From positions 1 to 24,387 of IMG/VR virus record IMGVR_UViG_3300017648_000016: a stretch of 24,387 nucleotides of DNA; one strand, given 5' to 3'. Under the pieces are notes generated by a model. It did not search any database, was not told the origin of the DNA, and saw only the letters and a program-made list of their open reading frames with translations. The position numbers and the translations under genes are program-made. Positions 8,969-17,996 of the stretch are shown here, one piece after another. Positions within the stretch are counted from its first letter, which is position 1. Each line of letters begins with the position of its first letter. Source of the DNA: a virus. Lineage: Duplodnaviria > Caudoviricetes.

Positions 8969-9598
8969 TTATTCTTTGTCGCCAACAGAACCATCTTCGT
9001 TGATTTGCTTCATGTAGTCTACTTTTCTAGCAACGAAAGTACAAGCTTTCTCAGTAGTGACAGAGTCAATAGAGAATCCAGTTCCTTCGTTTAGAATTTC
9101 AACTCCATAGATTACTAGAACAGCCTTTTGGCCATATTCGTTAGCGAATGAGATCGTTACATCGAATGGAGGTAGTTCGTCAGCGTATTGTGCTTCACCT
9201 TCTTGAAGGATTGCGTTAGCTGCTTGAATACCTTGGCCGGAAACTGCACCAGTCATCAGCTGATCCCATTCATTGATTGTCATAGGATCTGTTGCAGTGT
9301 TTTGAGAACCATTAGAAGCACCGATACGGTTTACAGTTCCATTCTGAGCTTTTAATGCTGTGATTAAAGCATCACGGTCAAACACTGTGAATACCATAGT
9401 ACCAGCGATACCACGTTTACCTCTGGAGAAGCTTCGTGGTTCAGCTGAGCCCATTGTATAGACTGGAGCTTTCTCACGGCTAACAGAATAAGTGATAGCT
9501 TGTAAGGAACCAATTACTTGAGAACCGAACGTCGCTACAATATCACAACCAGAGAAAGTGGTATAAGTCTTTGTATATTCAGACGCAGAAGTTGCCAT
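8969..9598 (-). CDS. Major tail tube protein
   Basis: 209 aa directly after the sheath gene, with strong RBS AAAGGAGTG. The pattern IGSLQAITYSVSREKAPVYTMGS...RGKRGIAGTMVF is tube-like. It is followed by a terminator. Confidence 0.85.
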   Translation of the reverse strand: MATSASEYTKTYTTFSGCDIVATFGSQVIGSLQAITYSVSREKAPVYTMGSAEPRSFSRGKRGIAGTMVFTVFDRDALITALKAQNGTVNRIGASNGSQNTATDPMTINEWDQLMTGAVSGQGIQAANAILQEGEAQYADELPPFDVTISFANEYGQKAVLVIYGVEILNEGTGFSIDSVTTEKACTFVARKVDYMKQINEDGSVGDKE

Positions 9599-9625
9599 GT
9601 CTTGTCACTCCTTTTTATGTTATCA

Positions 9626-9644
9626 GAGGGGGAAGCTCCCCCTC
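9626..9644 (-). promoter_or_regulatory. GC-rich hairpin without U-tract between sheath and tube genes
   Basis: GAGGGGGA-GCT-TCCCCCTC forms a perfect 8-bp stem shortly upstream of the tube RBS. Confidence 0.55.
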
Positions 9645-9655
9645 ATGAGGCTCTA

Positions 9656-12550
9656 TTAAAGCTCGTCCTTAACAGAGATACGGTTACGCACTTCGCGAAT
9701 CTCGTAGATCGGAACGATCTTGTAATCAATGTCGATATAGCTGAACTTCATGACACGAGGGTCAATCACCATATTGAATTGATAGTCTTCGATCAGTACG
9801 TCCTTGATCTTGTCAAGGTTAGACTTAACAGCTGTTTGCATAGAGTTGCGGTTAGCAGCGTGGTTCTGCTTACCAATGAACGGTTCAACCGCTTCACGAA
9901 TTAACTCTTCAACTGCTCCGATCACTCTTGTTACAGAGAGTCTGCGGAATGGAGATTCTGCAGGAGCTTGAGTGATACCATCCGTTACAACCAATCCTCT
10001 TGTGTAGGACTGACGGATTGTGATGATACCCTTCTGAGTTAAGCGAGTTAACTGGAAGTTCGTTAATTCAAACATTGTTGAATCAAGTTCGATCGGTTGG
10101 CTAGTAGATGACTGATCAAGTGGAAGTCTAGAAACCATTCCGGCATAACCAGCAGCACCGTTAGATACGTAGCGATAACCGTCTGACATATTCAAGTAGT
10201 ATTGTGAGAACACTACTGAAATGTTCTTACCGATTGGGTACGGCATGTTGTTGCGGTCTAGCATGTTTCGACCTTGTGCATTCTTCGCATAGAGATCTAA
10301 CTCAAGGTTGAGAATCTCTTCAACGCGATTTGCTAAGCTGTTCAAGCTTAGGTCAGACATACGGTTAAGACCGATAACCCCGTGAGTAGGAGCTGTCTTC
10401 AATGAAGTGTAAGTAGCGTGCTGTGCTAACTGACGAGCGAAGTTATCGTTCGTTTTGTAAGGAACGTACTTTGTGTAATCGTAAGAAGCCTTGCGGTCTT
10501 CTAACAACACTGTTTCTACTCCAAACGCAGATGCTGCAGCTTCAGACACATATTCATCTTTCATCTCATAACCAGTAGTAGTTAGAGAGAAATCGAATTG
10601 AGCTCTTAAGCTCTCATGGTTGTTTAGGTATTCAACAAACTCTTCAACTGTAGTTCCATCTAGCAATGCAGAGGAAATAACAATTGGGTTTGCCTCGAAG
10701 TGATTGTATTGAGCGTAAACAGTTGTTTGCTCAACATTCTCACCAAGCATAGACTCGATGTCACCGATTGGTGAAACATGAGCATCAGTACCACCCAAGA
10801 ATTTAAGAGCATACACGCGTCCGTTGTTCTCAGCAAGAACATAGTTCTTACCATGGAACTGTAATGGAGATCCATCAGTAGGAGCAGTGAACTCTAGCTT
10901 CTCGAATACTGTGCCGTCTGGAGTATCTACGCCTTGGAACATCACGTTGTCAACTAGAATAAGTTGTCCGATCTGACGTGAGTTGTTTAATACTTCATAG
11001 CGGTTTTCATTGAAGCGTTTAAGGATACCCTTACCATCTTCGTTGAAGGTCATTGCCAACGTTCCGTTTGGTACGTTTACGTTTAGCAACTCTTCCTCAG
11101 TTGCATTAGGAACAACTCGGAAAACAACGTCATCGTAGATTTCATCTACTGGAGCTTCAAGAGCACCATCTACGATTGCATTCACTTTGAAGCTGAAAGC
11201 TTTTGGAGTGAAGTTCGTAGCCGGATCGATCTTCGGAGTTGCCTTGATTAATCCGTTTAGAATGTCTACTGATACAGGAGTTCCAACCAAGAAGTCTTTT
11301 GGACGAGGAAGTTTTCCTGTGATTTGTGTGTCTGCATTAGCAGCTGTTAAAACACGATATCTTGTGTTTAGGTTTTCAAGCATAGAGTAGATTCCATCAC
11401 CTAAAGCCAAGACGCGGTTTGCATCACTTACTGGAGTTTCCTTAACTTTAGGAGTTAACTCTGCACCAGTTGTTGCATCAACACGACGCTCTGCTCTAGC
11501 AGTAATAGCGAATCCAGATCCAAGACGTTGGTAGATATCGAATTTAGAAATGTTTACTTCTTCGTAATCTACTTTGTCTTTTGCAAATGCACGATCAGCA
11601 ACGCCTAGAGTTTCAAGGAAATCGAAATCTTGGAATGTGAAGATTTCAACTGTACGCAAGATGTCGCGTAGCTCTTCCATGTTCTCAGCAAAGATTGGCA
11701 GCGGCTGGCTAACATCTGTGTTAAGAACTAAGCGTTTGAATACAACTTCACTGAAGGATTCAAATGGTTTATCTGCATCAGAAGTTACAAGCTTGTAATC
11801 AATCTCTGTTGCTGTTGGGCAAAGGCTGCGATCACGACCAATGAAGTAAACACCAGGATGCATAGCACCAATTGGTAGATTCATAGCTTCAATGGATGTG
11901 TTTGTTACATCAGCACCGTTTTCATCTACGATTGTTAATCGTAATACGTTGTTGTATGCATGCTCATTTACGATACGAAGTAGATCAGTCAGCATAGAAT
12001 CCTTTGTTAAACCATAGTCAAGGTTTAAACGGATTTCTGTTACAAGAACTGAATTTTCGCTTTCTACAAGACCTTGCATCTTTTCAACGATTGTTGCTCT
12101 GTCAGCAGGTTTGTAAAGGCGGATACGTTCATCTCCAGTAGTGTCGTCATATACCATGAAGAAGTCTTTTGCTTCATTCGTTGGATATACGCCGGATACG
12201 TGAAGTTGAAGGTTGGTATCTAATGCAAGGTTGAATTTCTTTTCAACTTGTTTACCAGAGATACGAACACCATAGATTGTACGGCTTCCTCTTTGATAAG
12301 CATCTTCAATACCGGAAACAAGAGTTGCTTCTTGTTTAGTCTTGGCATCATAAGCTTTTCCAAAAACATATCGACCATGCTCTGGGCTATAGATCTCAAC
12401 AGGAACTCCCACTGGACCATTGAAAGCAGTACCGATTACAAGCACAGAGTCAGTAGTTCCAAACAAGCTGGAATCATAACCATAGCTGTAGTCAGACTCT
12501 ACTTCAGTCAAAGCGCCTGGTAGAAATGTTTGGCTATCGATTAATGACAT
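9656..12550 (-). CDS. Contractile tail sheath protein (964 aa)
   Basis: N-terminal LPG...LVIGTAFNGPVGVPV motif. C-terminal sheath domain AAGYAGMVSRL...LTQKGI...VTDGIT...RRLSVTRV...EPFIGK...IVPIYEIREV. It lies directly upstream of the tube gene. Confidence 0.92.
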   Translation of the reverse strand: MSLIDSQTFLPGALTEVESDYSYGYDSSLFGTTDSVLVIGTAFNGPVGVPVEIYSPEHGRYVFGKAYDAKTKQEATLVSGIEDAYQRGSRTIYGVRISGKQVEKKFNLALDTNLQLHVSGVYPTNEAKDFFMVYDDTTGDERIRLYKPADRATIVEKMQGLVESENSVLVTEIRLNLDYGLTKDSMLTDLLRIVNEHAYNNVLRLTIVDENGADVTNTSIEAMNLPIGAMHPGVYFIGRDRSLCPTATEIDYKLVTSDADKPFESFSEVVFKRLVLNTDVSQPLPIFAENMEELRDILRTVEIFTFQDFDFLETLGVADRAFAKDKVDYEEVNISKFDIYQRLGSGFAITARAERRVDATTGAELTPKVKETPVSDANRVLALGDGIYSMLENLNTRYRVLTAANADTQITGKLPRPKDFLVGTPVSVDILNGLIKATPKIDPATNFTPKAFSFKVNAIVDGALEAPVDEIYDDVVFRVVPNATEEELLNVNVPNGTLAMTFNEDGKGILKRFNENRYEVLNNSRQIGQLILVDNVMFQGVDTPDGTVFEKLEFTAPTDGSPLQFHGKNYVLAENNGRVYALKFLGGTDAHVSPIGDIESMLGENVEQTTVYAQYNHFEANPIVISSALLDGTTVEEFVEYLNNHESLRAQFDFSLTTTGYEMKDEYVSEAAASAFGVETVLLEDRKASYDYTKYVPYKTNDNFARQLAQHATYTSLKTAPTHGVIGLNRMSDLSLNSLANRVEEILNLELDLYAKNAQGRNMLDRNNMPYPIGKNISVVFSQYYLNMSDGYRYVSNGAAGYAGMVSRLPLDQSSTSQPIELDSTMFELTNFQLTRLTQKGIITIRQSYTRGLVVTDGITQAPAESPFRRLSVTRVIGAVEELIREAVEPFIGKQNHAANRNSMQTAVKSNLDKIKDVLIEDYQFNMVIDPRVMKFSYIDIDYKIVPIYEIREVRNRISVKDEL

Positions 12551-12576
12551 AGGTTTTGCCTCCTCTTCCTAAATGG

Positions 12577-13245
12577 CTAGTCGTTAATTTGTATATCTTT
12601 AATTTCGCTATCAAATACCACTGTGAGCCTTTCGACTTCAACGTAGTATTGGAGGTTTCGGACTGACATCGTCTGCCTATATATATCGAAATTCTCATCT
12701 GTGAGGTGCTTTTCAAAAAGTAGCTCTGCTACTCCGTTCTTTTTGAAGTAATGAGCATACGATAAAATCAGGTCTTCAAAAGTATTCATTACCTCGTCCG
12801 CTTCGCTATATTCACTCGCGATAATATTGAATTGAACATAACATTTGAATTTCTGTCCGTAGACCCTACCCTGACGACCGTCTGCATCCTTCGCAACATC
12901 TTCAGCTATTAAACTCTCTCTTTCCCTTGGCTTCAGCTCACCCTTGGGAGTACGAGAGATAACCTTGTATGTGATAAACGGATGATCAATCTTTTCATTC
13001 GGATCAACGAGTACGCGCTTGCCTTCGTCTGGAATGAATTCGACCTTTTGCTTTTTAAGTGCCATGCTAACGATCTTAGAGACCATCTTAATGAAGTCTT
13101 GTAAGTTAGCACTCTTGTTGGCCTTAAACGGAGGCGGCGCCTTCTTACGCTCCTCTGACAGACTTGCAGCTTCTGTGTCGGACATCACACCCGACGAATT
13201 ATCTGTGCTTGCCTGCAGCAACAGTTCTAAATCTGTTGAGTTCAT
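12577..13245 (-). CDS. Putative tail terminator / tail completion protein
   Basis: Lies just upstream of the sheath gene. The pattern HPFITYKVIS...VQFNIIASEYSEADEVMNTFEDLI...LQYYVEVE fits the lambda gpU / T4 gp15-like fold. Start moved to the ATG at 13245 (RBS GGAGGG). Confidence 0.6.
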   Translation of the reverse strand: MNSTDLELLLQASTDNSSGVMSDTEAASLSEERKKAPPPFKANKSANLQDFIKMVSKIVSMALKKQKVEFIPDEGKRVLVDPNEKIDHPFITYKVISRTPKGELKPRERESLIAEDVAKDADGRQGRVYGQKFKCYVQFNIIASEYSEADEVMNTFEDLILSYAHYFKKNGVAELLFEKHLTDENFDIYRQTMSVRNLQYYVEVERLTVVFDSEIKDIQIND

Positions 13246-13246
13246 A

Positions 13247-14284
13247 CTATCCCTCCACAACAACAGAGAATCTCTCTGTAGAATTTACTGGCCATATATC
13301 GATATCACATAGAACCACTCCCGCTCCAGGAACGTCTTTGACGAATCGAATATTCTTGATTTGATAGGATCGTAGAATCCAATTCACCATCGGATCGAAG
13401 TAATCTATCAAAGCCTTTTCGATTCTGAGCTTCTGGTAAGCAGTCATGTTTCGTCCTTTGAATCGAGACAGATCCAGATTACGACGGACATACTTTGCAA
13501 TCCGGTCAATCATGACAATTTTCTCTGGCTCTACTTTGCTATTAAAATTCAATAGGTTTTCTACAGTTACGCCGGATAAGTAATTGTCTTTGAAGTACAC
13601 CATTTCGTGCTCTCCAATATCGACAGCATCGATATCGAATATGACTGGTCCTAGATTGCCTGTGACTGGATACAATCCAAGATCGGTTACACATAGAATG
13701 CTGGCTAGCACCACATTGGCAAACTGATAGTTTTCTAGGTTGTTAGAAACAAAGCACAAGTTCTTGCCATTCATGTTGGCGGTCATGCCATTCTTAAACT
13801 GTGTAACGATGGTCTTCATCTCTTCCAGGTAAGCATCCATATCTTCGTACAGCGAAGCATGATTGTCTGTCACGACAAACGTTGACCGGTTATAGGATGA
13901 CAGCTTCTCTAGGAAGTGGTGATAGTAACCAACCTTCTTGTTGTTACGTGTTGCATCGAAGAATGCATCACCAAGATAGAGACTGGCCGGCGCCACATAA
14001 GCAAAGTCATAATGTCTCAATACATTGGCGATCTCGATATAGTCGTATGTATTTTTGACATTAATCAAGAAAATGTGTGGCACGCCAAAACTCTTTGCAA
14101 TCTTAAAAGCTTCTGTTAGTTCGGATTCACCGTAAGCAGCAGTTACTGCCTCGATCGTCGTATAGTAAACAATCTTATTAACTGCCTGGTTGGTAGCTCC
14201 CCTTCCCATTAGGAGAAGGGTCTGATTCATGTCTACCGTCTTAATAACTTCAGTCAGACTTTGGTTTGTCATTACATCAATCAT
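13247..14284 (-). CDS. Small, divergent tail sheath paralog (345 aa)
   Basis: N-terminal LLLMGRGATN...AYGESELTEAF...GVPHIFLINV and C-terminal IDRIAKYVRR...FKGRN...RIEKALIDYF...IDIWPVNSTERF both parallel the termini of the 964-aa sheath. Confidence 0.65.
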   Translation of the reverse strand: MIDVMTNQSLTEVIKTVDMNQTLLLMGRGATNQAVNKIVYYTTIEAVTAAYGESELTEAFKIAKSFGVPHIFLINVKNTYDYIEIANVLRHYDFAYVAPASLYLGDAFFDATRNNKKVGYYHHFLEKLSSYNRSTFVVTDNHASLYEDMDAYLEEMKTIVTQFKNGMTANMNGKNLCFVSNNLENYQFANVVLASILCVTDLGLYPVTGNLGPVIFDIDAVDIGEHEMVYFKDNYLSGVTVENLLNFNSKVEPEKIVMIDRIAKYVRRNLDLSRFKGRNMTAYQKLRIEKALIDYFDPMVNWILRSYQIKNIRFVKDVPGAGVVLCDIDIWPVNSTERFSVVVEG

Positions 14285-14734
14285 TTAGCTACCTCCCTTG
14301 ACGATCCGGTTGAAGTTCTTCATAAACGCTGTACTATGAACTTTCTTGATATTGCAAAAGGCTTTGTAGTAAACCATCTCTTTGTTGGTTGTCTTTTTCC
14401 TTTCTAATCGATGGACCATAAATGCGTCATCACCGTCCACTATGATGTTGTCTTCAAAGACGGGATACTTTGCATCGATATAGAATATTGTCATTGTTGC
14501 TGATTCACTGACTCCGGATATTCTGAATGATCCGGAAGAATCAGAGGAAGCTCCCCGCATCTTTTTGATTTTGATCTTTCTCCCTGTCCCTAAGCATTTA
14601 GGACAGAGAGGATCAGCTTGCTTTGTTGTGAAGTCGATGCAAGTACACTTCACCTTGAAGTCTTGCTGAACAATAAAAAAATCATAGGAGAACTTCTCAA
14701 TGATTCGCTTGATACCATTATTGAACTCTCTCAT
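14285..14734 (-). CDS. Head closure / neck protein with zinc-ribbon insert
   Basis: 149 aa in the head-tail joining position. It contains CTC...CPKCLGTG followed by a beta-rich, SPP1 gp16-like region. It has an ATGA overlap with the upstream gene. Confidence 0.6.
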   Translation of the reverse strand: MREFNNGIKRIIEKFSYDFFIVQQDFKVKCTCIDFTTKQADPLCPKCLGTGRKIKIKKMRGASSDSSGSFRISGVSESATMTIFYIDAKYPVFEDNIIVDGDDAFMVHRLERKKTTNKEMVYYKAFCNIKKVHSTAFMKNFNRIVKGGS

Positions 14735-15411
14735 GATCTACCCACATCCCTTGAGAATCCCATTCCTGAGAAGGTCGTTCCATAAGGATGGCCAGGTACA
14801 TAACGGCCAACTTTCCGTAATCCATATGGAGATCCTGGTGTGCTTCTCGCACCTCTAACTGCAGATGCAGGAGCTACGCGTCCTTCGAATCCATTACCTC
14901 TCATATGCTCCACCCACTTATCTACTTCTGTCTTTAGAACATCGAGCAGATCTTTGATGGCAGGGAATGTTGAGGAGTTTTCGAAACTGATATCACCGAG
15001 TGTTCCTTTTGTTCCGCCTTCTGCAGATCTTTCCACGTAGAACTTCATCAAGCTATCATAAGCAGCTTTATGCTTCACGTATTGAAAGACCTCGAAAGGC
15101 ACGTTGTCATCCGTATAAGATTCTTTCTTTACATACTCTGCAAACAGAGATGCTTCCCGAATATAGTAAAGCGTCTTTTCGTCAGGGATATCATAGCTAT
15201 CCACTAGCGAATGAACAGCTTCTAAGGAGCAATAGGACGGAGTCAACCTTGTTGTTGTTTTTATCCGGAGGTCGTCGATCGTCTTGTTTTTATTAAGAGC
15301 TTTGACTTTCTTAATTCGAATCTCGTAAACCGAATTGTCTTTCACTCCATTCTTCGGAGTGATTTCAATAAAGTTATCAAAGACTTTAAATGTGTGCTCG
15401 ACTCTTTCCAT
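14731..15411 (-). CDS. Head-tail adaptor (SPP1 gp15/HK97 gp6-like) with N-terminal half Ig-like domain
   Basis: The helical region YCSLEAV...YIREAS...QYVKHKAAY...KGTLGDISFE is typical of adaptors. It has a strong RBS (AAGGAGG) and a TAATG overlap with the upstream gene. Confidence 0.6.
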   Translation of the reverse strand: MERVEHTFKVFDNFIEITPKNGVKDNSVYEIRIKKVKALNKNKTIDDLRIKTTTRLTPSYCSLEAVHSLVDSYDIPDEKTLYYIREASLFAEYVKKESYTDDNVPFEVFQYVKHKAAYDSLMKFYVERSAEGGTKGTLGDISFENSSTFPAIKDLLDVLKTEVDKWVEHMRGNGFEGRVAPASAVRGARSTPGSPYGLRKVGRYVPGHPYGTTFSGMGFSRDVGRS

Positions 15412-16199
15412 TAGATCGACCTCCTTATGACGACAATCTCCTGAATAGAATCCACGTCGATGTCTTCATCTAATTCTATGAGAAAGCTATTAGGAGTCTC
15501 TCCATTAGCGGGAGCGCTAACCACAATCAGCTCTTCTTCATAAATAGGCCCATCATCTTCTCCATCTTCATCATAGATTGGACCAGGAACACTGTTTTCC
15601 TCACTGACGATAAATGTGACAACGTCACTCCAAGGACCGTATTGGCCATCCCTCTGAACCCGAACCCGCACATAGTATTGACCCACCGGTAAACCAGATA
15701 ACGTGATGCTATCTCTGTCTTGAACCTCAGTTCTTCTGACGACATTATAGAAGGCATTCTCCGTTGCAATTTCCAGATAATATGAACGAACCAGATTCTC
15801 TGATGTGATAGCCTGAGCTTCTTTCCAGGAGATCACTAGCTCAGTAATCTCTTCGAAATCAGCAGGACTTGTCACTTCAGCCACAGAGGTAATCTCACTA
15901 GGGAAGACTACATTTCTCTGTAAAGAATCTGGTAGTTCGTCATCAACTATGGAAGTTATACCTTTTTGGACTTTGATTAGGTATTCAGTATTTGGAATAG
16001 GCCAGTCTACTAATTCTAGTTCAACGACATTTCGGTTAACGTTGAATCGAAAATCAACGAGATCGGATGTCGCCTTCTCAACTAGAACTAGCGAGTCCAG
16101 TGTGACCGTGTCTTCGTTTACATCAAGAGAGAATTCCAGTGTTACTTTTTTCTCTAGCAAACTTGTAGAGATACTAAGCACATTGAACTCTTGATACAT
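15411..16199 (-). CDS. Virion protein with bacterial Ig-like and fibronectin type III domains
   Basis: FN3 signature ISW...YYLEIA...ITLSGLPVGQYYVRVRV...GPWSD. The N-terminal ~100 aa are Big_5-like. The ATG at 16199 is better spaced from RBS AAAGGGG than the GTG at 16208. Confidence 0.8.
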   Translation of the reverse strand: MYQEFNVLSISTSLLEKKVTLEFSLDVNEDTVTLDSLVLVEKATSDLVDFRFNVNRNVVELELVDWPIPNTEYLIKVQKGITSIVDDELPDSLQRNVVFPSEITSVAEVTSPADFEEITELVISWKEAQAITSENLVRSYYLEIATENAFYNVVRRTEVQDRDSITLSGLPVGQYYVRVRVQRDGQYGPWSDVVTFIVSEENSVPGPIYDEDGEDDGPIYEEELIVVSAPANGETPNSFLIELDEDIDVDSIQEIVVIRRSI

Positions 16200-16228
16200 C
16201 CTGAACACGCCCCTTTGACTGACAGGTA

Positions 16229-16732
16229 TTATTCTTCAGAAGCTTCTTCTTTTTTAGCAGAAGCTTTTTTGTTAGCAGCTTTTTTAGCAGGAGCTTTCTT
16301 TTCAGAAGCTTCCGCTTTTTCAGCTTCAGCAGCAGCTTTAGCTTCCTCCTCAGCTTTAGCTTTTGCCTCCGCTTCTGCCTTAGCTTTTGCTTCGGCTTCT
16401 TCTTTAGCTTTCGCCTCTGCTTCAGCCTTTGCCTTTGCATCAGCTTCTTCTTTGGCTTTCGCCTCTGCCTCCGCTTTTGCTTTAGCCTCTTCAGCTTTCT
16501 TTATATTGTCAGCATCGACGGAAGCTTTGACCTTACCTGCTGCAGCCTCAAGATCAAGTGATCCTGAAGCAAGCAGGAGCCGGCCAGAGCGCACAGCTCG
16601 TTTAATGTTGGTAGTATTCATACCAGCTAGAACATGACGCTCTGGATTAGCAATGGTTAAGTGGATACGAGTCAATTCGTCGTAAAATCCTACTTCCCCC
16701 GGTGCTAGTCGAATTTTCCCTAGAACCTTCAT
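16229..16732 (-). CDS. Hypothetical protein with small N-terminal domain and Glu/Ala/Lys repeat tail
   Basis: 167 aa with RBS AAAGGAGAGGG, directly downstream of the major capsid gene. Confidence 0.75.
   Translation of the reverse strand: MKVLGKIRLAPGEVGFYDELTRIHLTIANPERHVLAGMNTTNIKRAVRSGRLLLASGSLDLEAAAGKVKASVDADNIKKAEEAKAKAEAEAKAKEEADAKAKAEAEAKAKEEAEAKAKAEAEAKAKAEEEAKAAAEAEKAEASEKKAPAKKAANKKASAKKEEASEE
16322..16489 (-). repeat. Seven imperfect 24-bp coding repeats (EAKAK[A/E]EA)
   Basis: The translation reads EAKAKAEA EAKAKEEA DAKAKAEA EAKAKEEA EAKAKAEA EAKAKAEE EAKAAAEA. The DNA copies differ at synonymous sites. Confidence 0.85.
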
Positions 16733-16766
16733 GCTACCCTCTCCTTTTTATTGGTTAAGCTATTAA

Positions 16767-17996
16767 TTAGTTATTTGTGTTAATGTTGATAACTGGCGCT
16801 TGTGGGAAAGTTGGTGCAACAGCAATGTTACGAGCAACTGTGATTCCGCGGCCGTTGTTAAGTACGCCAACACCATAACGTTCTTTAACTTTCAATAAGC
16901 GAAGGTCGCGCTCTGGATCTGTCCAGTTGTCCATTCCCAATCCTTCTTTTTGTACGATAACCCCAACTTCGTTGCGGTCGATGCAGTACATATCGAAACG
17001 CTTGTTGATCTTGTCGAAGTGTACGAATGGTGAGAAGTTGATTGTTAATGGAACTGGTAGACGGTTTTGAACTTGCTCAGGACGCATGATCAATTTTTGT
17101 CCGTCTGCTGTAGAAGATAGTCCGGCAAAACCAGGAGTACCTTGTACAGAACCCCAAGGGTTTACGTTACCTCCACCGAAAGCACCGAATGTTAATCCGT
17201 TACCGATCATGGAGTTACGAGCGAATACAACCCAAGTAAGTGGGTGCATGATTACGTCTGAAGGAACGAAGCCGTTACCCATTAGACCCAATACCATATC
17301 TAAGAAGTCTTCAATAGATAGAGTATCGTTAAATGTGCCGTCTTCTGCGCGGCCAGTTGTACCTGCTTCAGGCATTTGCTCACGAAGGTTGTTATCGAAA
17401 ATGATATGGCCGTGATCAGAGAATGTATTGAAGATCCACTCTTCTTTGTAACGAGCCATTGCTTTACCCATTTTACGTACGTTGATTCCTAGGATATCCC
17501 AGCTTGAATCAGAGATGGCTTCTTCAGTGATTGACACTTTCAAACCAATTTTCTTCACACGTACTTCAAGAGCACTATTCTCGATAGTGTTGAAGTCTAC
17601 ATAGTCTTCATTGTAGCGGCCGCCCTCGGCAACTTCAGAAGCTACTAGCTCTCCAACAACAGGGATTACATAAACAGTGGAAGCTCCGCCTTCAACATGA
17701 ACAGTGTTCATGAAGCGAGTTCCTAAGTATTCTGGTTCAGCTGCTTCACGTAATTGACCTTCGATTACACGAGGAATCAATTTAGCAGTATCAGTTGTTG
17801 TTAATGTTTCTTGAATAGATGCGCGACCTTTTGAATAGTCACCGTACAGGTTACGAGTCATAGACTCCATTAGATCAAACGTTTCCGGTTTAACCTTTGG
17901 AGCTTCTTTGCGCTCACCTTTGTTAAAAGCCTCTTGTTGTTCTAGAGAGACTTTACGAAGACCATTGATATGTTCTAGCGTTTCATATAAGTTCAT
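16767..17996 (-). CDS. Major capsid protein (HK97 fold)
   Basis: Motifs LIPRVIE, VAEG, KKIGLKVSITEEAISDS-(spine helix), MHP and KERYGVGV. The likely start is the ATG at 17996 after RBS GAGGAGG; the track start at 18014 overlaps that RBS. Confidence 0.92.
   Translation of the reverse strand: MNLYETLEHINGLRKVSLEQQEAFNKGERKEAPKVKPETFDLMESMTRNLYGDYSKGRASIQETLTTTDTAKLIPRVIEGQLREAAEPEYLGTRFMNTVHVEGGASTVYVIPVVGELVASEVAEGGRYNEDYVDFNTIENSALEVRVKKIGLKVSITEEAISDSSWDILGINVRKMGKAMARYKEEWIFNTFSDHGHIIFDNNLREQMPEAGTTGRAEDGTFNDTLSIEDFLDMVLGLMGNGFVPSDVIMHPLTWVVFARNSMIGNGLTFGAFGGGNVNPWGSVQGTPGFAGLSSTADGQKLIMRPEQVQNRLPVPLTINFSPFVHFDKINKRFDMYCIDRNEVGVIVQKEGLGMDNWTDPERDLRLLKVKERYGVGVLNNGRGITVARNIAVAPTFPQAPVININTNN

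Noticed and set aside
5604-14284. Interpretation as an eCIS/tailocin because of multiple tubes and sheaths
   Set aside because: Portal, prohead protease, scaffold, major capsid and neck genes are in the same operon, which indicates a complete DNA-packaging virion.
16322-16489. Possible CRISPR-like or non-coding repeat array
   Set aside because: The repeats are in-frame coding units with synonymous variation and no unique spacers.
16174-16637. ORFs 16191..16637 (+) and 16174..16440 (-) with Ala/Ser/Phe or Lys/Leu repeats
   Set aside because: They are alternative-frame readings of the EAKAK repeat, whose low complexity suppresses stop codons.
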